This document shows, piece after piece, positions 38,956-50,624 of a stretch of 64,000 nt of DNA. The notes beneath the pieces are model-generated. The model was not told the DNA's origin and made no database searches. It saw only the letters and a program-made list of their open reading frames with translations. This stretch comes from Sphingopyxis sp. (GTDB taxonomy: Bacteria > Pseudomonadota > Alphaproteobacteria > Sphingomonadales > Sphingomonadaceae). Location: the NCBI RefSeq assembly GCF_034380315.1, contig NZ_JAXMPB010000012.1, positions 21,055 to 85,054 on the forward strand, in the 5' to 3' direction. Position numbers and translations under genes: made by a program. The first letter of the stretch is position 1, and each line of letters opens with the position of its first letter.

Positions 38956-39656
38956 GCCTTTTTCCTTTTGCGGCGCGGGAAGGACCAGATCAGCAGCCAG
39001 GCCCCGCTGACCGCCATGGCAAAGACGCTCCAGGTCGCGATGCGGAGCAGCGGATTGTTGACGTCGCTGCGTTCGTCATAGTCCATGATGTGCAGCATCC
39101 AGGCGATGTCGAAGATCCGCCAAAGCGCATGGCGACGCGAAATTAGCTCGCCCGTCATCGGCGACAGATAGAGCGTCGGCCGGTTCCAGCCTTCGAATTC
39201 GATCTGCCAATATGGGGGCTTGCGCGCCTGCATTTCCTGCGGCGCCTCGGTCAGCAGGCGGACCGAAACAATCTTGCCCTGCCCCGTATAGATCCGCCGG
39301 GCGGCGGCGCGCACCTGATCCTCGGTCAGCGCGGGAAGCGCCGTCGCCGTCGCCGCGTCATAGAGGCGCGGCCCGTCCGGGGTTTCCGCCCGCCAGACCG
39401 GGCGGTCCAGAAAGCGTTGCAGGCGCACCTCGGACACCCCCGGTGCCGCCGCGACGATGCGCGACGGCGGTGCGAGCGCCGCCAGGTCGAAAGGCGCGGC
39501 CGGCGCCTCGCGCACCAGATGATCGCCGTGAATGATGTCGATATGCACCGCGACCATATAGAGGCCGGTCAGCGTCCAGAGCAGAGCCTGGGCGCCGACC
39601 ACCAGGGCCAGCCACTTGTGCGTTCGCCGGATGAATAACGGCCAACGGATCGTCAT
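38952..39656 (-). CDS. PepSY-domain membrane protein (paralog)
   Basis: RRTHKWLALVVGAQALLWTLTG; FDIAWMLHIMDY. Confidence 0.85.
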   Translation of the reverse strand: MTIRWPLFIRRTHKWLALVVGAQALLWTLTGLYMVAVHIDIIHGDHLVREAPAAPFDLAALAPPSRIVAAAPGVSEVRLQRFLDRPVWRAETPDGPRLYDAATATALPALTEDQVRAAARRIYTGQGKIVSVRLLTEAPQEMQARKPPYWQIEFEGWNRPTLYLSPMTGELISRRHALWRIFDIAWMLHIMDYDERSDVNNPLLRIATWSVFAMAVSGAWLLIWSFPRRKRKKA

Positions 39657-39670
39657 GCTTGCCCCCTCCC

Positions 39671-42370
39671 TCAAAAAGCGGTGCGGAAACCGACATAGAA
39701 GCGCCGGCCGAGCAAGTCATAGGTCATCGTGTCGGTATTCGCATCGGTGAAGCTTTGGATATAGGGCGCCTTGCGATCGAACAGATTGTCGACGCCAAGC
39801 TGGAACCGCGTCTTTTCGTCAATCTCGTAGGCGAGCTGAAGATTGTGATAAAAGACGTTCGGGGTGCGATAGCCGATGTCGCCGGGGTCGGCGTTGAAGT
39901 CGGTCGCCTTGCCGATCCACTGCGTCGACCAGGTCGCGCTGATCCCGTCCTTTTCCGCGGTCAGCATGCCATAGCCGCGCCATTTCGGATAACCGCCATT
40001 GCCGCCGCCGATGAAGCCGTCGAAGTCGATGGGCGCACCGCCGGGGAAGGGATAGACGACATATTTGTCGAGATAGGTCAGGTTGACGTCGAGCGACACC
40101 GACACGTCGCCGACCATCCGGTCATAGACGAGACCAAGGTCGAGCCCGCTCATTTCCTCGCGGCCCGTGTTGATCGGCTGCGCCGACAGGAAGGTGACTT
40201 CGCCGGTCAGCGTGCTGCGGGTGAAATCGTCGCAGAAGGGATGCGACAGATTCTGGCTGGCATAGCAGACGGCAAGCTTGGTCGAACCCGGAATGGCGCG
40301 GATCGCATCCTTGATCTTGATATCGAACCAGTCGGCGGTGAGCGACAGGCCGGGCACCAGTCCCTTGGGCGAAATCACCGTTCCGACGGTCCAGGTCGTC
40401 GAGCTTTCGGGCTTCAGATTCTGGTTGCCGCCCACGGTGGTCAGGATCGTGGTGCCAAGCTGGACATAATTGGCCGGAACACCCGACGCCTGGCAATTGG
40501 CGACAAGCGTCGCATTGCCGCTGGTCGAATAGCGCGAGCAGGGGTCGGTGGTGGTCAGATTGCCTTCGGACACACCGCCGAACAATTCGGGGACGTTCGG
40601 AATGCGGAAGCCGGTGCCATAGGTGCCGCGCAGCCGGATACTGTCATTGACGACCCAGTCGACGCCCAACTTGTAGTTCCAGTCGCCGCCGAACAGATCA
40701 TAGTCTGAATAGCGCACCGCCCCGTCGAGGGTCAGCGCCTTGAAAAAGGCGGTGTCGGCGAGGACCGGAACCGACAGTTCGAGATAGGCTTCCTTCGCCT
40801 TGCTCGACCCCGAAATCGGATCCTGCTGGTTGGTGTTGGCAATCCCCGCGACGGTGAACGGGTCGGGATCGCGCCAGCCCTTTTCCTTGCGATAGACAAG
40901 GCCGGTGGCAAAGGCGACCGGACCCGCGGGCAGGTTGAAGAGATTGCCGGTCAGATCGGCGGTGAAGGTCGCGAGTTGGTTGCCGCCATGATCGCGCGAG
41001 GTGAAGAGAATATAGTCCAGCACCTCGGGCGTCAGGTCGCCGGCGCCCAGATAGTCGCCGCACGGGATGGCGGCGCCCGCGGTCAGGCTGCACTTGCTGG
41101 TGTCGATCGAATTGCGGACCCGTTCCAGATTGGCGATGTTGGTCGAACCGTCGATCCCGGTATTGCGGCCGAAACCGCCCGCCACTTCCCACGTCCAGTC
41201 ATTGGACAGGGTGCCGCGCAGGCCGAAGCTGCCCTGCCATGTGTTGGTTTCCTGATAGAATTGGCGCGGCCCCGGTTCCGCCAGGCGGCGCTGGATCAGG
41301 ACGATATTCTCGCCCGTCGGATTGGTGGGGTTGCTGGCCGAGATGGCAAGGTTGCGCAGCGTGCCCGGCGTCGCGATCTGGTTCGATTTGCGGAAGGTAT
41401 AAAGGAACTCGCCGAACGCCTTGATATTGTCGCTGATGTCATAGTCGGCGAAAAAGGCAGTGCTGACCCGCTCAACCGGACTGACCGCGTTCAGGAAAGG
41501 CGCCGAGTTGAAATTATGCTTGGCCGCGCTGTAGGGTTCGAAAAAATCACCGTCGCCGCCAAGGGTCTGGTTGAAATTAATCTGTTGCCCGCTGGGCAGC
41601 ACCGCCCGGCCACCGATCGTCGACGCGCTGTTCACGCAGCTGAGCGAGCCCGGCGTGACTTCGGCCAGCGAACAGGGCGCACGGCTGGCCATGTTGACCG
41701 CCCGCGTCTTTTGATAGGTGACGGCCGCCATGAAGCCGCCGCGATCGCCGCGCACGCCCCACAGCAGATCGGCGGTGAAGTCCGCCCCGTCGCCCTTTTC
41801 GGTGATCCCCTGTCGCACGCTGAGGCCGAGGCCTTCATAATCGGTCCGCGTGACGAGGTTGACCACGCCCGCCATCGCATCGGCGCCATAGATGGCCGAC
41901 GCGCCATCCTTCAGCACGTCGGTCCGCGCAAGCGCCGCAACCGGAATCATGTTGAGATCGGGAGAGCTGTTGGCCCCGGTGCCCCCCGCGACGAGACGGC
42001 GGCCGTTGAGCAGCACCAGCGTACGCTTGATGCCAAGGCCGCGAAGATTGACCTGTGCCGTGCCATAGCCGTTGCTGGTCCAATAGGCCGAGCTCTGGTT
42101 GCCTGCGAAACCGGCGTTGGCCGGCAGGCGCTGCAGTACGGTTTCGATGTTCACGACACCGGTATTCTCGATCTGCTCGGCCGAAACGACGGTCGCCGGA
42201 CCGACGCCCGCAAGGTCCTGGCGGCGAATGCGCGATCCGGTGACGACGATATCGCTGGCGGCGGTCGCGCCCTCTGCCGCCGGCGCGGCGGTGTCGGCTT
42301 GCGCAAAGGCGGGTGTGGAAAGGCAAGCGACGGCAGCGGCGCCCGCGAGCAAATGAGTCCTGATAGTCAT
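39671..42370 (-). CDS. TonB-dependent receptor
   Basis: Signal peptide ending AFA, DIVVTGSRI, VLKDGASAIYGADAMAGVVN, C-terminal YDLLGRRFYVGFRTAF. Confidence 0.95.
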   Translation of the reverse strand: MTIRTHLLAGAAAVACLSTPAFAQADTAAPAAEGATAASDIVVTGSRIRRQDLAGVGPATVVSAEQIENTGVVNIETVLQRLPANAGFAGNQSSAYWTSNGYGTAQVNLRGLGIKRTLVLLNGRRLVAGGTGANSSPDLNMIPVAALARTDVLKDGASAIYGADAMAGVVNLVTRTDYEGLGLSVRQGITEKGDGADFTADLLWGVRGDRGGFMAAVTYQKTRAVNMASRAPCSLAEVTPGSLSCVNSASTIGGRAVLPSGQQINFNQTLGGDGDFFEPYSAAKHNFNSAPFLNAVSPVERVSTAFFADYDISDNIKAFGEFLYTFRKSNQIATPGTLRNLAISASNPTNPTGENIVLIQRRLAEPGPRQFYQETNTWQGSFGLRGTLSNDWTWEVAGGFGRNTGIDGSTNIANLERVRNSIDTSKCSLTAGAAIPCGDYLGAGDLTPEVLDYILFTSRDHGGNQLATFTADLTGNLFNLPAGPVAFATGLVYRKEKGWRDPDPFTVAGIANTNQQDPISGSSKAKEAYLELSVPVLADTAFFKALTLDGAVRYSDYDLFGGDWNYKLGVDWVVNDSIRLRGTYGTGFRIPNVPELFGGVSEGNLTTTDPCSRYSTSGNATLVANCQASGVPANYVQLGTTILTTVGGNQNLKPESSTTWTVGTVISPKGLVPGLSLTADWFDIKIKDAIRAIPGSTKLAVCYASQNLSHPFCDDFTRSTLTGEVTFLSAQPINTGREEMSGLDLGLVYDRMVGDVSVSLDVNLTYLDKYVVYPFPGGAPIDFDGFIGGGNGGYPKWRGYGMLTAEKDGISATWSTQWIGKATDFNADPGDIGYRTPNVFYHNLQLAYEIDEKTRFQLGVDNLFDRKAPYIQSFTDANTDTMTYDLLGRRFYVGFRTAF

Positions 42371-42416
42371 GCGACATCCCCTGATGCTTATGGAATAGCG
42401 TGCAGAGAGCATCGAT

Positions 42417-42426
42417 TGTATATACA
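42417..42426. promoter_or_regulatory. HutC operator (perfect palindrome)
   Basis: TGTATATACA fits the TGTA-N2-TACA HutC consensus; 46 bp upstream of the TBDR start. Confidence 0.8.
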
Positions 42427-42442
42427 GGTCAATAGAGAATTT

Positions 42443-42456
42443 TTGATTTAAATCAA
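42443..42456. promoter_or_regulatory. FNR/FixK-type box
   Basis: TTGAT-TTAA-ATCAA, a perfect TTGAT-N4-ATCAA. Confidence 0.5.
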
Positions 42457-42550
42457 ATATTTAACTGAAATTCGGAGCGACGTACCCGGTAGTGTTAATA
42501 CGCGGTTCCTTCCCCTACCCCTCAAAGTTTCGGGACATTTTTTTGCACGC

Positions 42551-42578
42551 AAAAGCCACCCCCACGAAAGAGGGTGGC
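42551..42578 (-). terminator. Intrinsic terminator after hutF-hutC2
   Basis: Minus strand GCCACCCTCTTTCGTGGGGGTGGC followed by TTTT. Confidence 0.75.
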
Positions 42579-42636
42579 GCAAGGAGGTTCCAGACTGAAA
42601 TGAAATATCGCGCGAAAGCGGAGGGATAGGCGCCGG

Positions 42637-43362
42637 TCAACCGCCCGCCATGCTGCGCGCCGACCCGAAGCGGGCGATCAGATCATATGCGGCACCGACG
42701 AAATGCTGGCGCACCAGCGTAATCCCCTCATTCCCCCGCCACGTCCGGCGTTCGACGAAGAGACAGGCGGTCGCGGCGGGTATTTTGAGCCGCGCGGCGG
42801 TCGCGCGATCGGCAGCGACGGCGGCGATTCGCGTCTCTGCCTCGGTCCAGGGTACATGTTTGAGCAGCCAGGCGCCCGGCGAAGCCCCGTCGAAATCCTG
42901 CCCGGCAATTTCGGGAACCGCCGACAGGCTGACAAACCGCGTTTCATGCGCGAGCGGGACGCCGTCGGCGTGGTGGACACCCTCGATCGCCAGCAGTTCG
43001 CCGCGCCCCGCGAGTTGGACCTCGACCGCCGATCCGGCGTCGGGTCGCTTTGCCTCTCGCCCCAGAAGTTCGAAGCGGTAATGCTGGCCGCGCTGGACCA
43101 CCTCCTGCTCCAGATCGGGGACGTCGAGCACCATCGAATGAACCTTGGGCCGCGCGACGAACGATCCCGCGCGCTTGCGACGATCGATCAGCCCGGCGGC
43201 CGCGAGCGCCGACAGCGCCTTGTTCACCGTCATCCGCGCGCAGCCATATTCGCGCATCAGATCATGCTCGGTCGGCAGACGGGCACCGGGCACCAGCGCG
43301 CCCGACAGGATCGCCGCCTCTATCTCGCTGCGGATGCGTTCGTGCAGCGGCAGCGTCGTCAC
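42637..43362 (-). CDS. hutC: HutC-type GntR-UTRA repressor, copy 2
   Basis: PLHERIR, PTEHDLMREYGCARMTVNKAL, WLLKHVPWT; GTG overlaps the hutF stop. Confidence 0.85.
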   Translation of the reverse strand: MTTLPLHERIRSEIEAAILSGALVPGARLPTEHDLMREYGCARMTVNKALSALAAAGLIDRRKRAGSFVARPKVHSMVLDVPDLEQEVVQRGQHYRFELLGREAKRPDAGSAVEVQLAGRGELLAIEGVHHADGVPLAHETRFVSLSAVPEIAGQDFDGASPGAWLLKHVPWTEAETRIAAVAADRATAARLKIPAATACLFVERRTWRGNEGITLVRQHFVGAAYDLIARFGSARSMAGG

Positions 43363-44735
43363 GCGACGAGCGGCTCCAGCGCGCGGCGATAGTCCGCCGC
43401 GATGCGATCGCGCGCGACGTGCCGCCCGCCGCGCACGACCTCTGCGCCCCGGCGCCACACGCAATCGATCGCGCCGCGCCCGGCGGCGAAGAGAAAGGAA
43501 TCGATCAGCGCAGCGCCGCTGCGCCCGCCCAGCGAGGGATGTCGGATATCGAGGCTGACCATGTCGGCCGCATGCCCCACCGCCAGCCCGGCGGCAACCC
43601 CGAGCGCCTGCGCCCCGCCCGTCAGCGCGCCGTCGAACAGCGCCTGCCCGGTCGACCGCCCGGCGCCGGGCGCCAATATGTTGCGCCCGCGCGCAAACAG
43701 GCGCTGGCCATATTCAAACCAGCGCAATTCCTCGCTCATGTCGATCAGCACATTGGAATCGGAACCGACGCCAAAGCGCCCGCCCGCCGCCAGAAACGCC
43801 TCCGCCGGAAACAGGCCGTCGCCCAGATTGGCCTCGGTCACGGGGCACAGGCCCGCCACCGCGCCGCTCGCCGCCAGCGCGCGCGTTTCGGCCTCTGTCA
43901 TATGCGTTGCGTGGACGAGGCACCAGCGCGGGTCGACCGCGGCATGGCCGAGCAGCCATTCCACCGGCCGCTGCCCGCTCCACGCCAGGCAATCCTCGAC
44001 CTCCTTCACCTGTTCGGCGATGTGGATGTGGATCGGGCTGCCGCCCGCGAGCCCCGCCAGCGCGCCAAGCTCATCCTCCGTGACGGCGCGCAGGCTGTGC
44101 GGTGCGACGCCGACGATCGCATCGGGCAAATCCGCCGCCGCAGCCCGCGCCGCGTCGAGCAGGCGGGCAAAGCCGTCGAGATCGTGAACGAAGCGGCGCT
44201 GGCCCGGATTGGGCGGCGTGCCGCCGAAACCGGCATGGGCATAGAAGACGGGCAGATGGGTGAGCGCGATACCCGTGTCGGCGGCGGCCGCGACGATCGC
44301 GCGGGTCATTTCGGCCGGGTCGGCATAAGCGTCCCCACCGGGCGCGCGATGCAGGTAGTGAAATTCGCCGACGCGCGTAAACCCGCTTTCGAGCATTTCG
44401 ACATAGGCGAGCGCCGCGATGGCGCGGAGCCCGTCGGGGTCGATGCGATCGACGAAGCGATACATGATGTCGCGCCAGGTCCAGAAACTGTCGCCCCCCG
44501 GCCCGCGCACCTCCGCGAGCCCGGCCATGCCGCGCTGGAAAGCATGGCTGTGCAGATTGGGCATCCCCGGAAGGCCGACCGCGTGACGCGCGTCATCCGC
44601 TTCCGCCTCCACCCCTTCGGCCAGGGTGACGATCCGCCCATCGGCGATCCCGATGCGAACCTGTCCGGCCCAGCCGCCGGGCAGCAGCGCATGGCGGAAA
44701 TGCAGGGTCGTTTCGGGTCTGGCTTCGTCGGTCAT
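43359..44735 (-). CDS. hutF: Formimidoylglutamate deiminase
   Basis: [46 protein letters not shown]. Confidence 0.95.
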   Translation of the reverse strand: MTDEARPETTLHFRHALLPGGWAGQVRIGIADGRIVTLAEGVEAEADDARHAVGLPGMPNLHSHAFQRGMAGLAEVRGPGGDSFWTWRDIMYRFVDRIDPDGLRAIAALAYVEMLESGFTRVGEFHYLHRAPGGDAYADPAEMTRAIVAAAADTGIALTHLPVFYAHAGFGGTPPNPGQRRFVHDLDGFARLLDAARAAAADLPDAIVGVAPHSLRAVTEDELGALAGLAGGSPIHIHIAEQVKEVEDCLAWSGQRPVEWLLGHAAVDPRWCLVHATHMTEAETRALAASGAVAGLCPVTEANLGDGLFPAEAFLAAGGRFGVGSDSNVLIDMSEELRWFEYGQRLFARGRNILAPGAGRSTGQALFDGALTGGAQALGVAAGLAVGHAADMVSLDIRHPSLGGRSGAALIDSFLFAAGRGAIDCVWRRGAEVVRGGRHVARDRIAADYRRALEPLVA

Positions 44736-44763
44736 CGGCAACCTCTCGGGCTCGTTTCAATTA

Positions 44764-44773
44764 TGTCTATACA
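44764..44773. promoter_or_regulatory. HutC operator in the hutF/hutI divergent promoter
   Basis: TGTCTATACA. Confidence 0.75.
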
Positions 44774-44821
44774 TTATTGGCGAAGGATGCAATGATTGGC
44801 TGCGAAGGGAGATTCGACAGG

Positions 44822-46021
44822 ATGCGATGCGACAGGCTGTGGCGCCACGCGCGGCTCGCGACGATGGCCGGTCCCGACATGGGGCTGATCGAGGATGGGC
44901 TGATCGCCGCGATCGACGGCCGCATCGCCTATGCCGGTCCCGCCGCGGACGCACCCGCATTTGACGCCGCCGAGCGCATCGATTGCGAAGGTCGCTGGAT
45001 CACCCCCGGCCTGATCGATTGCCACACCCACATCGTCCACGCGGGCAACCGCGCGCACGAATTCGAACTGCGACTGGAAGGCGCATCCTATGAAGAGATC
45101 GCGCGCGCCGGAGGCGGCATCGTATCGACGATGCGCGCGACCCGTGCGGCGAGCGAGGCCGAACTGGTCGCCGCGGCCCTGCCCCGCGTCGATGCGCTGA
45201 TCGCAGAAGGCGTCACCACGATCGAAGTCAAATCGGGCTATGGCCTGGACACCGCCAATGAACTGAAAATGCTGCGCGCCGCGCGGCGCTTGGGAACCGA
45301 GCGCCCGGTCAGCATCGCGACCACATTTCTGGGCGCCCACGCCCTGCCGCCCGAATATGCGGACGACGCCGACGGTTATATCGCGCTGGTCGCCGGCGAG
45401 ATGCTGCCCGCGGCGATCCGCGATGGCCTTGCCGATGCCCTCGATGCCTTTTGCGAAGGCATCGGGTTCAGCGCCGAACAGACCGAAAAGCTGTTCGAGG
45501 CCGCCACGCGCGCGAACCTGCCCGTCAAGCTGCACGCCGAACAATTGTCGAACCAGCATGGCGCGGCGCTTGCCGCGCGATACGGCGCGCTGTCGGCCGA
45601 TCATCTGGAATATCTGGACGAGGCGGGGGTTGCCGCAATGGCCAAGGCAGGGACGGTCGCGACGCTGCTACCCGGCGCCTTTTACTTCATGCGCGAAACC
45701 CGGTTGCCGCCGATAGCCGCGCTGCGGGCGGCGGGCGTACCGATCGCGCTGGCGACCGACTGTAACCCCGGCACCTCTCCGCTCACATCGCTGTTGCTCG
45801 TCCTCAACATGGGCGCGACGCTGTTCCACCTGACCGTCGCCGAATGCCTGGCGGGCGTCACGCGCAATGCCGCGCGCGCGTTGGGCCGCGCGGACGAAAT
45901 CGGCACGCTGGAAGCCGGAAAGCGCTGCGACCTCGCCATCTGGGACATCGAACGTCCCGCCGAACTTGTCTATCGCATGGGAGCGAACCCGCTCCATGCC
46001 CGTATCTGGAGTGGCCAATGA
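44822..46021 (+). CDS. hutI: Imidazolonepropionase
   Basis: [35 protein letters not shown]. Confidence 0.97.
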   Translation: MRCDRLWRHARLATMAGPDMGLIEDGLIAAIDGRIAYAGPAADAPAFDAAERIDCEGRWITPGLIDCHTHIVHAGNRAHEFELRLEGASYEEIARAGGGIVSTMRATRAASEAELVAAALPRVDALIAEGVTTIEVKSGYGLDTANELKMLRAARRLGTERPVSIATTFLGAHALPPEYADDADGYIALVAGEMLPAAIRDGLADALDAFCEGIGFSAEQTEKLFEAATRANLPVKLHAEQLSNQHGAALAARYGALSADHLEYLDEAGVAAMAKAGTVATLLPGAFYFMRETRLPPIAALRAAGVPIALATDCNPGTSPLTSLLLVLNMGATLFHLTVAECLAGVTRNAARALGRADEIGTLEAGKRCDLAIWDIERPAELVYRMGANPLHARIWSGQ

Positions 46022-47550
46022 CCGAAATCCTGCTCATCCCCGGCGCCGTCGCGCTGGCCGACTGGCGCGCCGTCTATCGCGGCGCCGCGTTGCGGCTTGA
46101 CCCGGCGTCGGCGCCGCGCATCGCCGAAAGCGCGGCGGCGGTCGAGCGGATCCTGGCCAAGGGCGCGCCCGTCTATGGCATCAACACCGGCTTCGGCAAA
46201 CTGGCGAGCGTACGCATCGACGATGCCGATCTTGCGACCTTGCAGCGCAACATCGTGCTGAGCCACGCGGCCGGCACCGGCGCCCCGTCCCCCATCGCCG
46301 TCGTCCGCCTGATGATGGCGCTGAAGCTCGCGAGCCTTGCGCAGGGGGCCTCCGGGGTCCGTCCCGAAACCGTCGCCCTGCTCGAAGCCATGCTGGCCAG
46401 GGGGCTGACCCCCGTGATCCCGGCGCAGGGATCGGTCGGGGCGAGCGGCGATCTGGCCCCGCTGTCGCACATGGCGGTCGCGATGATCGGCATGGGAGAG
46501 ATTTTCGTCGGTGACGCCCGCCTGCCCGCCGCCGAGGCGCTGGCGAAGGCGGGCCTCGCCCCGATCGAACTGGCCGCCAAGGAAGGGCTCGCGCTGCTCA
46601 ACGGCACGCAATTTTCGGCCGCCAACGCGCTCGCCGGGCTGTTCGAGGCCGAACAATTGTTCGAAGCCGCGCTGGTCACGGGCGCCTTGTCGACCGAGGC
46701 CGCCAAGGGGTCGGACACCCCCTTTGATCCGCGCATCCATCTGCTGCGCCGCCATCGCGGCCAGATCGAGGTCGCCAACGCACTGCGGACGCTGATGGCC
46801 GGGTCGGCAATCCGCGCCAGCCACCTGGAAGGCGACACGCGGGTCCAGGACCCCTATTGCCTGCGCTGCCAGCCGCAGGTGATGGGCGCCGCGCTCGACC
46901 TGCTGCGCCAGGCGGGAACGACGCTGGAAATCGAGGCAAACGGCGTTTCGGACAATCCGCTGATCTTCCCCGAAAGCGACGAAGCGCTGTCGGGCGGCAA
47001 TTTCCACGCCGAACCCGTCGCTTTTGCCGCCGACATGATCGCCATGGCGATTTGCGAGATCGGATCGATTTCCGAACGGCGCATCGCGATGCTGGTCGAT
47101 CCCGCGCTGTCGGGCCTGCCCGCCTTTCTGACCCCGCAGCCGGGATTGAATTCGGGCTTCATGATCCCACAGGTGACGGCCGCGGCGCTGGTCAGCGAAA
47201 ACAAGCAGCGCGCCTATCCCGCCAGCGTCGATTCGATCCCGACCTCCGCCAATCAGGAGGATCATGTGTCGATGGCTGCGCATGGCGCCCGCCGCCTGCT
47301 CGACATGGCCGAAAATGCGACCGCAGTGATCGGCATCGAACTGCTCGCCGCAGCGCAAGGGTGCGATTTCCACAATGGGCTGGCTTCGTCCGAGGCGCTC
47401 GAACGCGCCCGCGCGCTGCTGCGCGGCGCGGTGCCGATGCTCGACCATGATCGCCATTTCCATCCCGACATGGAGGCCGCGAACGCGCTGGTGCGCAGCG
47501 GCGCACTGGCGTCGGCGGCCGGGGTTGCGTTGCCCGGCGTCGCGGGCTGA
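46018..47550 (+). CDS. hutH: Histidine ammonia-lyase
   Basis: [11 protein letters not shown] motif [32 protein letters not shown]. Confidence 0.98.
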   Translation: MTEILLIPGAVALADWRAVYRGAALRLDPASAPRIAESAAAVERILAKGAPVYGINTGFGKLASVRIDDADLATLQRNIVLSHAAGTGAPSPIAVVRLMMALKLASLAQGASGVRPETVALLEAMLARGLTPVIPAQGSVGASGDLAPLSHMAVAMIGMGEIFVGDARLPAAEALAKAGLAPIELAAKEGLALLNGTQFSAANALAGLFEAEQLFEAALVTGALSTEAAKGSDTPFDPRIHLLRRHRGQIEVANALRTLMAGSAIRASHLEGDTRVQDPYCLRCQPQVMGAALDLLRQAGTTLEIEANGVSDNPLIFPESDEALSGGNFHAEPVAFAADMIAMAICEIGSISERRIAMLVDPALSGLPAFLTPQPGLNSGFMIPQVTAAALVSENKQRAYPASVDSIPTSANQEDHVSMAAHGARRLLDMAENATAVIGIELLAAAQGCDFHNGLASSEALERARALLRGAVPMLDHDRHFHPDMEAANALVRSGALASAAGVALPGVAG

Positions 47551-48353
47551 TGGATTGGCTGCACATTCATCGGGGGGAGGCGCCGCTGGTCGTCGCCTTT
47601 CCCCATGGCGGCACCCGGCTTGCGGGGCGCGGCGAGCGCTTTTGCTCGCCGTGGCGGGCGCGGCTCGACACCGACTGGTGGATCGCCGAGCTTTATGCCT
47701 TTGTCCGCGACATGGGCGCGACGACGGTGGCGACCGATATTTCGCGCGCGGTGATCGACATGAACCGCGATCCGTCCGGCGCCTCGCTCTATCCAGGGCA
47801 GGCGACGACCGAATTGTGCCCGACGACCAGCTTTGAAGGCGATCCGCTCTATCCCGGCGCCAGCCCCGATGCCGACGAGATCGCCGACCGGAAGCGAAGC
47901 TTTTTCGATCCCTATCATGGCGCGGTCGCCGCCGAGCTGGAGCGGCTGCGCGCGCGGCACGGCCGCGTCGTGCTGTATGACGCGCATTCGATCCGAAGCC
48001 GCGTACCCCGCCTGTTCGACGGCGAGTTGCCGCAATATAACATCGGAACCAACGGCGGCACGACCTGCGCCGTCGAACTCGAAACCGCCGTCGCGGCGAT
48101 CTGCGCGGCGAGCGGCGAGAGCCATGTCGTCAACGGCCGTTTCAAGGGCGGCTGGACGACGCGCCACTATGGACGGCCGGAAGACGGCATCCACGCGATC
48201 CAGATGGAGCTGGCGATGCGCGGTTACATGACCGAACCCGCCGTTCCGGACGAGGGCAACTGGCCCGCCCCCCTTCACCTCGACCCCGCGATCCTGCCCG
48301 TGCTGCGGCAGATCATCGCCGCCACCCTCGACTTTGCGAAAGGACACGCATGA
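47550..48353 (+). CDS. hutG: N-formylglutamate deformylase
   Basis: [40 protein letters not shown]. Confidence 0.93.
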   Translation: MDWLHIHRGEAPLVVAFPHGGTRLAGRGERFCSPWRARLDTDWWIAELYAFVRDMGATTVATDISRAVIDMNRDPSGASLYPGQATTELCPTTSFEGDPLYPGASPDADEIADRKRSFFDPYHGAVAAELERLRARHGRVVLYDAHSIRSRVPRLFDGELPQYNIGTNGGTTCAVELETAVAAICAASGESHVVNGRFKGGWTTRHYGRPEDGIHAIQMELAMRGYMTEPAVPDEGNWPAPLHLDPAILPVLRQIIAATLDFAKGHA

Positions 48354-50017
48354 CCCGTCTCGACAACAGCCGCATCATCAAGGCCCCTACGGGCGCCGAG
48401 TTGAACGCGAAAAGCTGGCTCACCGAAGCGCCGCTGCGCATGTTGATGAACAATTTGCACCCCGACGTCGCCGAACGGCCCGAGGAACTGGTCGTCTATG
48501 GCGGGATCGGCCGCGCGGCGCGCGACTGGGAAAGCTATGACAAGATCGTCGAAACGCTGAAGCGACTGGAGGACGACCAGACCCTGCTCGTCCAGTCGGG
48601 CAAGCCGGTCGGCGTGTTCCGTACCCACGCCGATGCGCCGCGCGTCCTGATCGCCAACAGCAATCTGGTGCCGCACTGGGCGAACTGGGAGCATTTTGGC
48701 GAACTCGATAAGCGCGGGCTCGCCATGTATGGCCAGATGACCGCGGGCTCGTGGATTTATATCGGCACGCAGGGCATCGTTCAGGGCACTTATGAAACCT
48801 TTGTCGAGATGGGCCGCCAGCATTATGGCGGCGACCTGTCGGGCAAGTGGCTGCTGACCGCGGGGCTCGGCGGAATGGGCGGCGCGCAGCCGCTCGCGGC
48901 GGTGATGGCGGGCGCGTCGTGCCTGGCGATCGAATGCCAGCCGAGCCGCATCGAAATGCGCCTGCGCACCGGCTATCTCGACGTCGCAGCGCAGACGATC
49001 GACGAAGCGATGGCGATCATCGAGAAAAGCTGCGCCGACAAAAAGCCGGTCTCGGTCGGCCTGCTCGGCAACGCCGCCGAAATATTGCCGCAGCTTTACG
49101 AACGCGGCATCCGCCCCGACCTGCTCACCGACCAGACGAGCGCGCACGACCCGGTGAACGGCTATCTGCCCATCGGCTGGAGCGTCGCCGACTGGGTGGA
49201 AAAGCGCGAAAGCGATCCCCAGGCCGTCGCCAAGGCGGCCAAGGCATCGATGGCGGTGCATGTCCGCGCGATGCTCGATTTCCAGGCGGCTGGCGTGCCG
49301 ACGACCGATTATGGCAATAATATCCGCCAGGTGGCAAAGGACGAAGGCGTCGACAATGCGTTCGACTTCCCCGGCTTCGTTCCGGCCTATATCCGTCCGC
49401 TCTTCTGCCGCGGCATCGGCCCCTTTCGCTGGGCGGCGCTGTCGGGCGATCCCGAAGACATCTACAAGACCGACGCCAAGGTGAAGGAATTGCTGCCCGA
49501 CAATGCGCATCTTCACCGCTGGCTCGACATGGCGCGCGAGAAGATCCATTTTCAGGGGCTGCCCGCGCGCATCTGTTGGGTGGGCCTTAGCGACCGTCAT
49601 CGGCTGGGCATGGCGTTCAACGAGATGGTCGCGTCGGGCGAACTCAAAGCCCCGGTGGTTATCGGCCGCGATCACCTCGACAGCGGGTCGGTCGCCAGCC
49701 CGAACCGCGAGACCGAGGCGATGCGCGACGGCACCGACGCGGTGTCCGACTGGCCGCTGCTCAACGCGCTGCTCAACACCGCAAGCGGCGCAACCTGGGT
49801 GTCGCTGCACCATGGCGGCGGGGTCGGCATGGGATTTTCGCAGCATAGCGGCATGGTGATCGTCGCCGACGGCACGGCCGAGGCGGCGGCGCGGCTGGAG
49901 CGCGTACTGTGGAACGATCCGGCGACCGGCGTGATGCGCCACGCCGATGCAGGCTACGACATCGCGCTCGACTGCGCGCGCGACAAGGGCCTCGACCTGC
50001 CCGGCATATTGGGGTGA
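48350..50017 (+). CDS. hutU: Urocanate hydratase
   Basis: [38 protein letters not shown]. Confidence 0.99.
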   Translation: MTRLDNSRIIKAPTGAELNAKSWLTEAPLRMLMNNLHPDVAERPEELVVYGGIGRAARDWESYDKIVETLKRLEDDQTLLVQSGKPVGVFRTHADAPRVLIANSNLVPHWANWEHFGELDKRGLAMYGQMTAGSWIYIGTQGIVQGTYETFVEMGRQHYGGDLSGKWLLTAGLGGMGGAQPLAAVMAGASCLAIECQPSRIEMRLRTGYLDVAAQTIDEAMAIIEKSCADKKPVSVGLLGNAAEILPQLYERGIRPDLLTDQTSAHDPVNGYLPIGWSVADWVEKRESDPQAVAKAAKASMAVHVRAMLDFQAAGVPTTDYGNNIRQVAKDEGVDNAFDFPGFVPAYIRPLFCRGIGPFRWAALSGDPEDIYKTDAKVKELLPDNAHLHRWLDMAREKIHFQGLPARICWVGLSDRHRLGMAFNEMVASGELKAPVVIGRDHLDSGSVASPNRETEAMRDGTDAVSDWPLLNALLNTASGATWVSLHHGGGVGMGFSQHSGMVIVADGTAEAAARLERVLWNDPATGVMRHADAGYDIALDCARDKGLDLPGILG

Positions 50018-50574
50018 GGCGCCCGCCGATCCTCCTTCCCGCCAGCACGCGCACTCCGCGCCCCTGGCGGAATGGCGGCGGCGTGACCCACGACCTGCGG
50101 CTCTACCCGGAGGGTGCCGGGGACGATGATTTCCTGTGGCGCGCCAGCATCGCATCGATCACGGCGCCCGGCCCCTTTTCGGCCTGGCCCGGCATCGACC
50201 GAACGCTGGCCCCGCTCACCGGGACGCTCGCGTTGAGTATCGACGGCGCGACGGCGATGCTGCACCCCGGCGACCCGCCGCAGGCCTTCGCCGGTGAAGC
50301 CGTGGCAAGCGGCCATCCGGTCGGCGGTGCCTGCACAGCGCTGAACATCATGGCGCGCCGCGGGCGGGCCCGCGCGGAGATATCGCGCGACCGCACGATC
50401 ATCCCCGGAACGGCCGCGCAGATCCTGCTGCTCGCCGATCAGGCGGCAATGCTGAGGATGGAGGACGACGATATCCCGCTCGATACAGGCGACGCGCTGG
50501 TCCTTGAAAGCCCGCGTTCGGCGATCGAGAGCGACCGCCCCCTGCTCATCGTCCGATTGTTCGATACGCCATGA
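50014..50574 (+). CDS. hutD: HutD family protein
   Basis: [26 protein letters not shown]; GTG overlaps the hutU TGA. Confidence 0.88.
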   Translation: MRRPPILLPASTRTPRPWRNGGGVTHDLRLYPEGAGDDDFLWRASIASITAPGPFSAWPGIDRTLAPLTGTLALSIDGATAMLHPGDPPQAFAGEAVASGHPVGGACTALNIMARRGRARAEISRDRTIIPGTAAQILLLADQAAMLRMEDDDIPLDTGDALVLESPRSAIESDRPLLIVRLFDTP

Positions 50575-50624
50575 CCGGCGATGAGGCCCGGCGCCATGTT
50601 TCCTTCCTAACAAATGGGGGTGGA

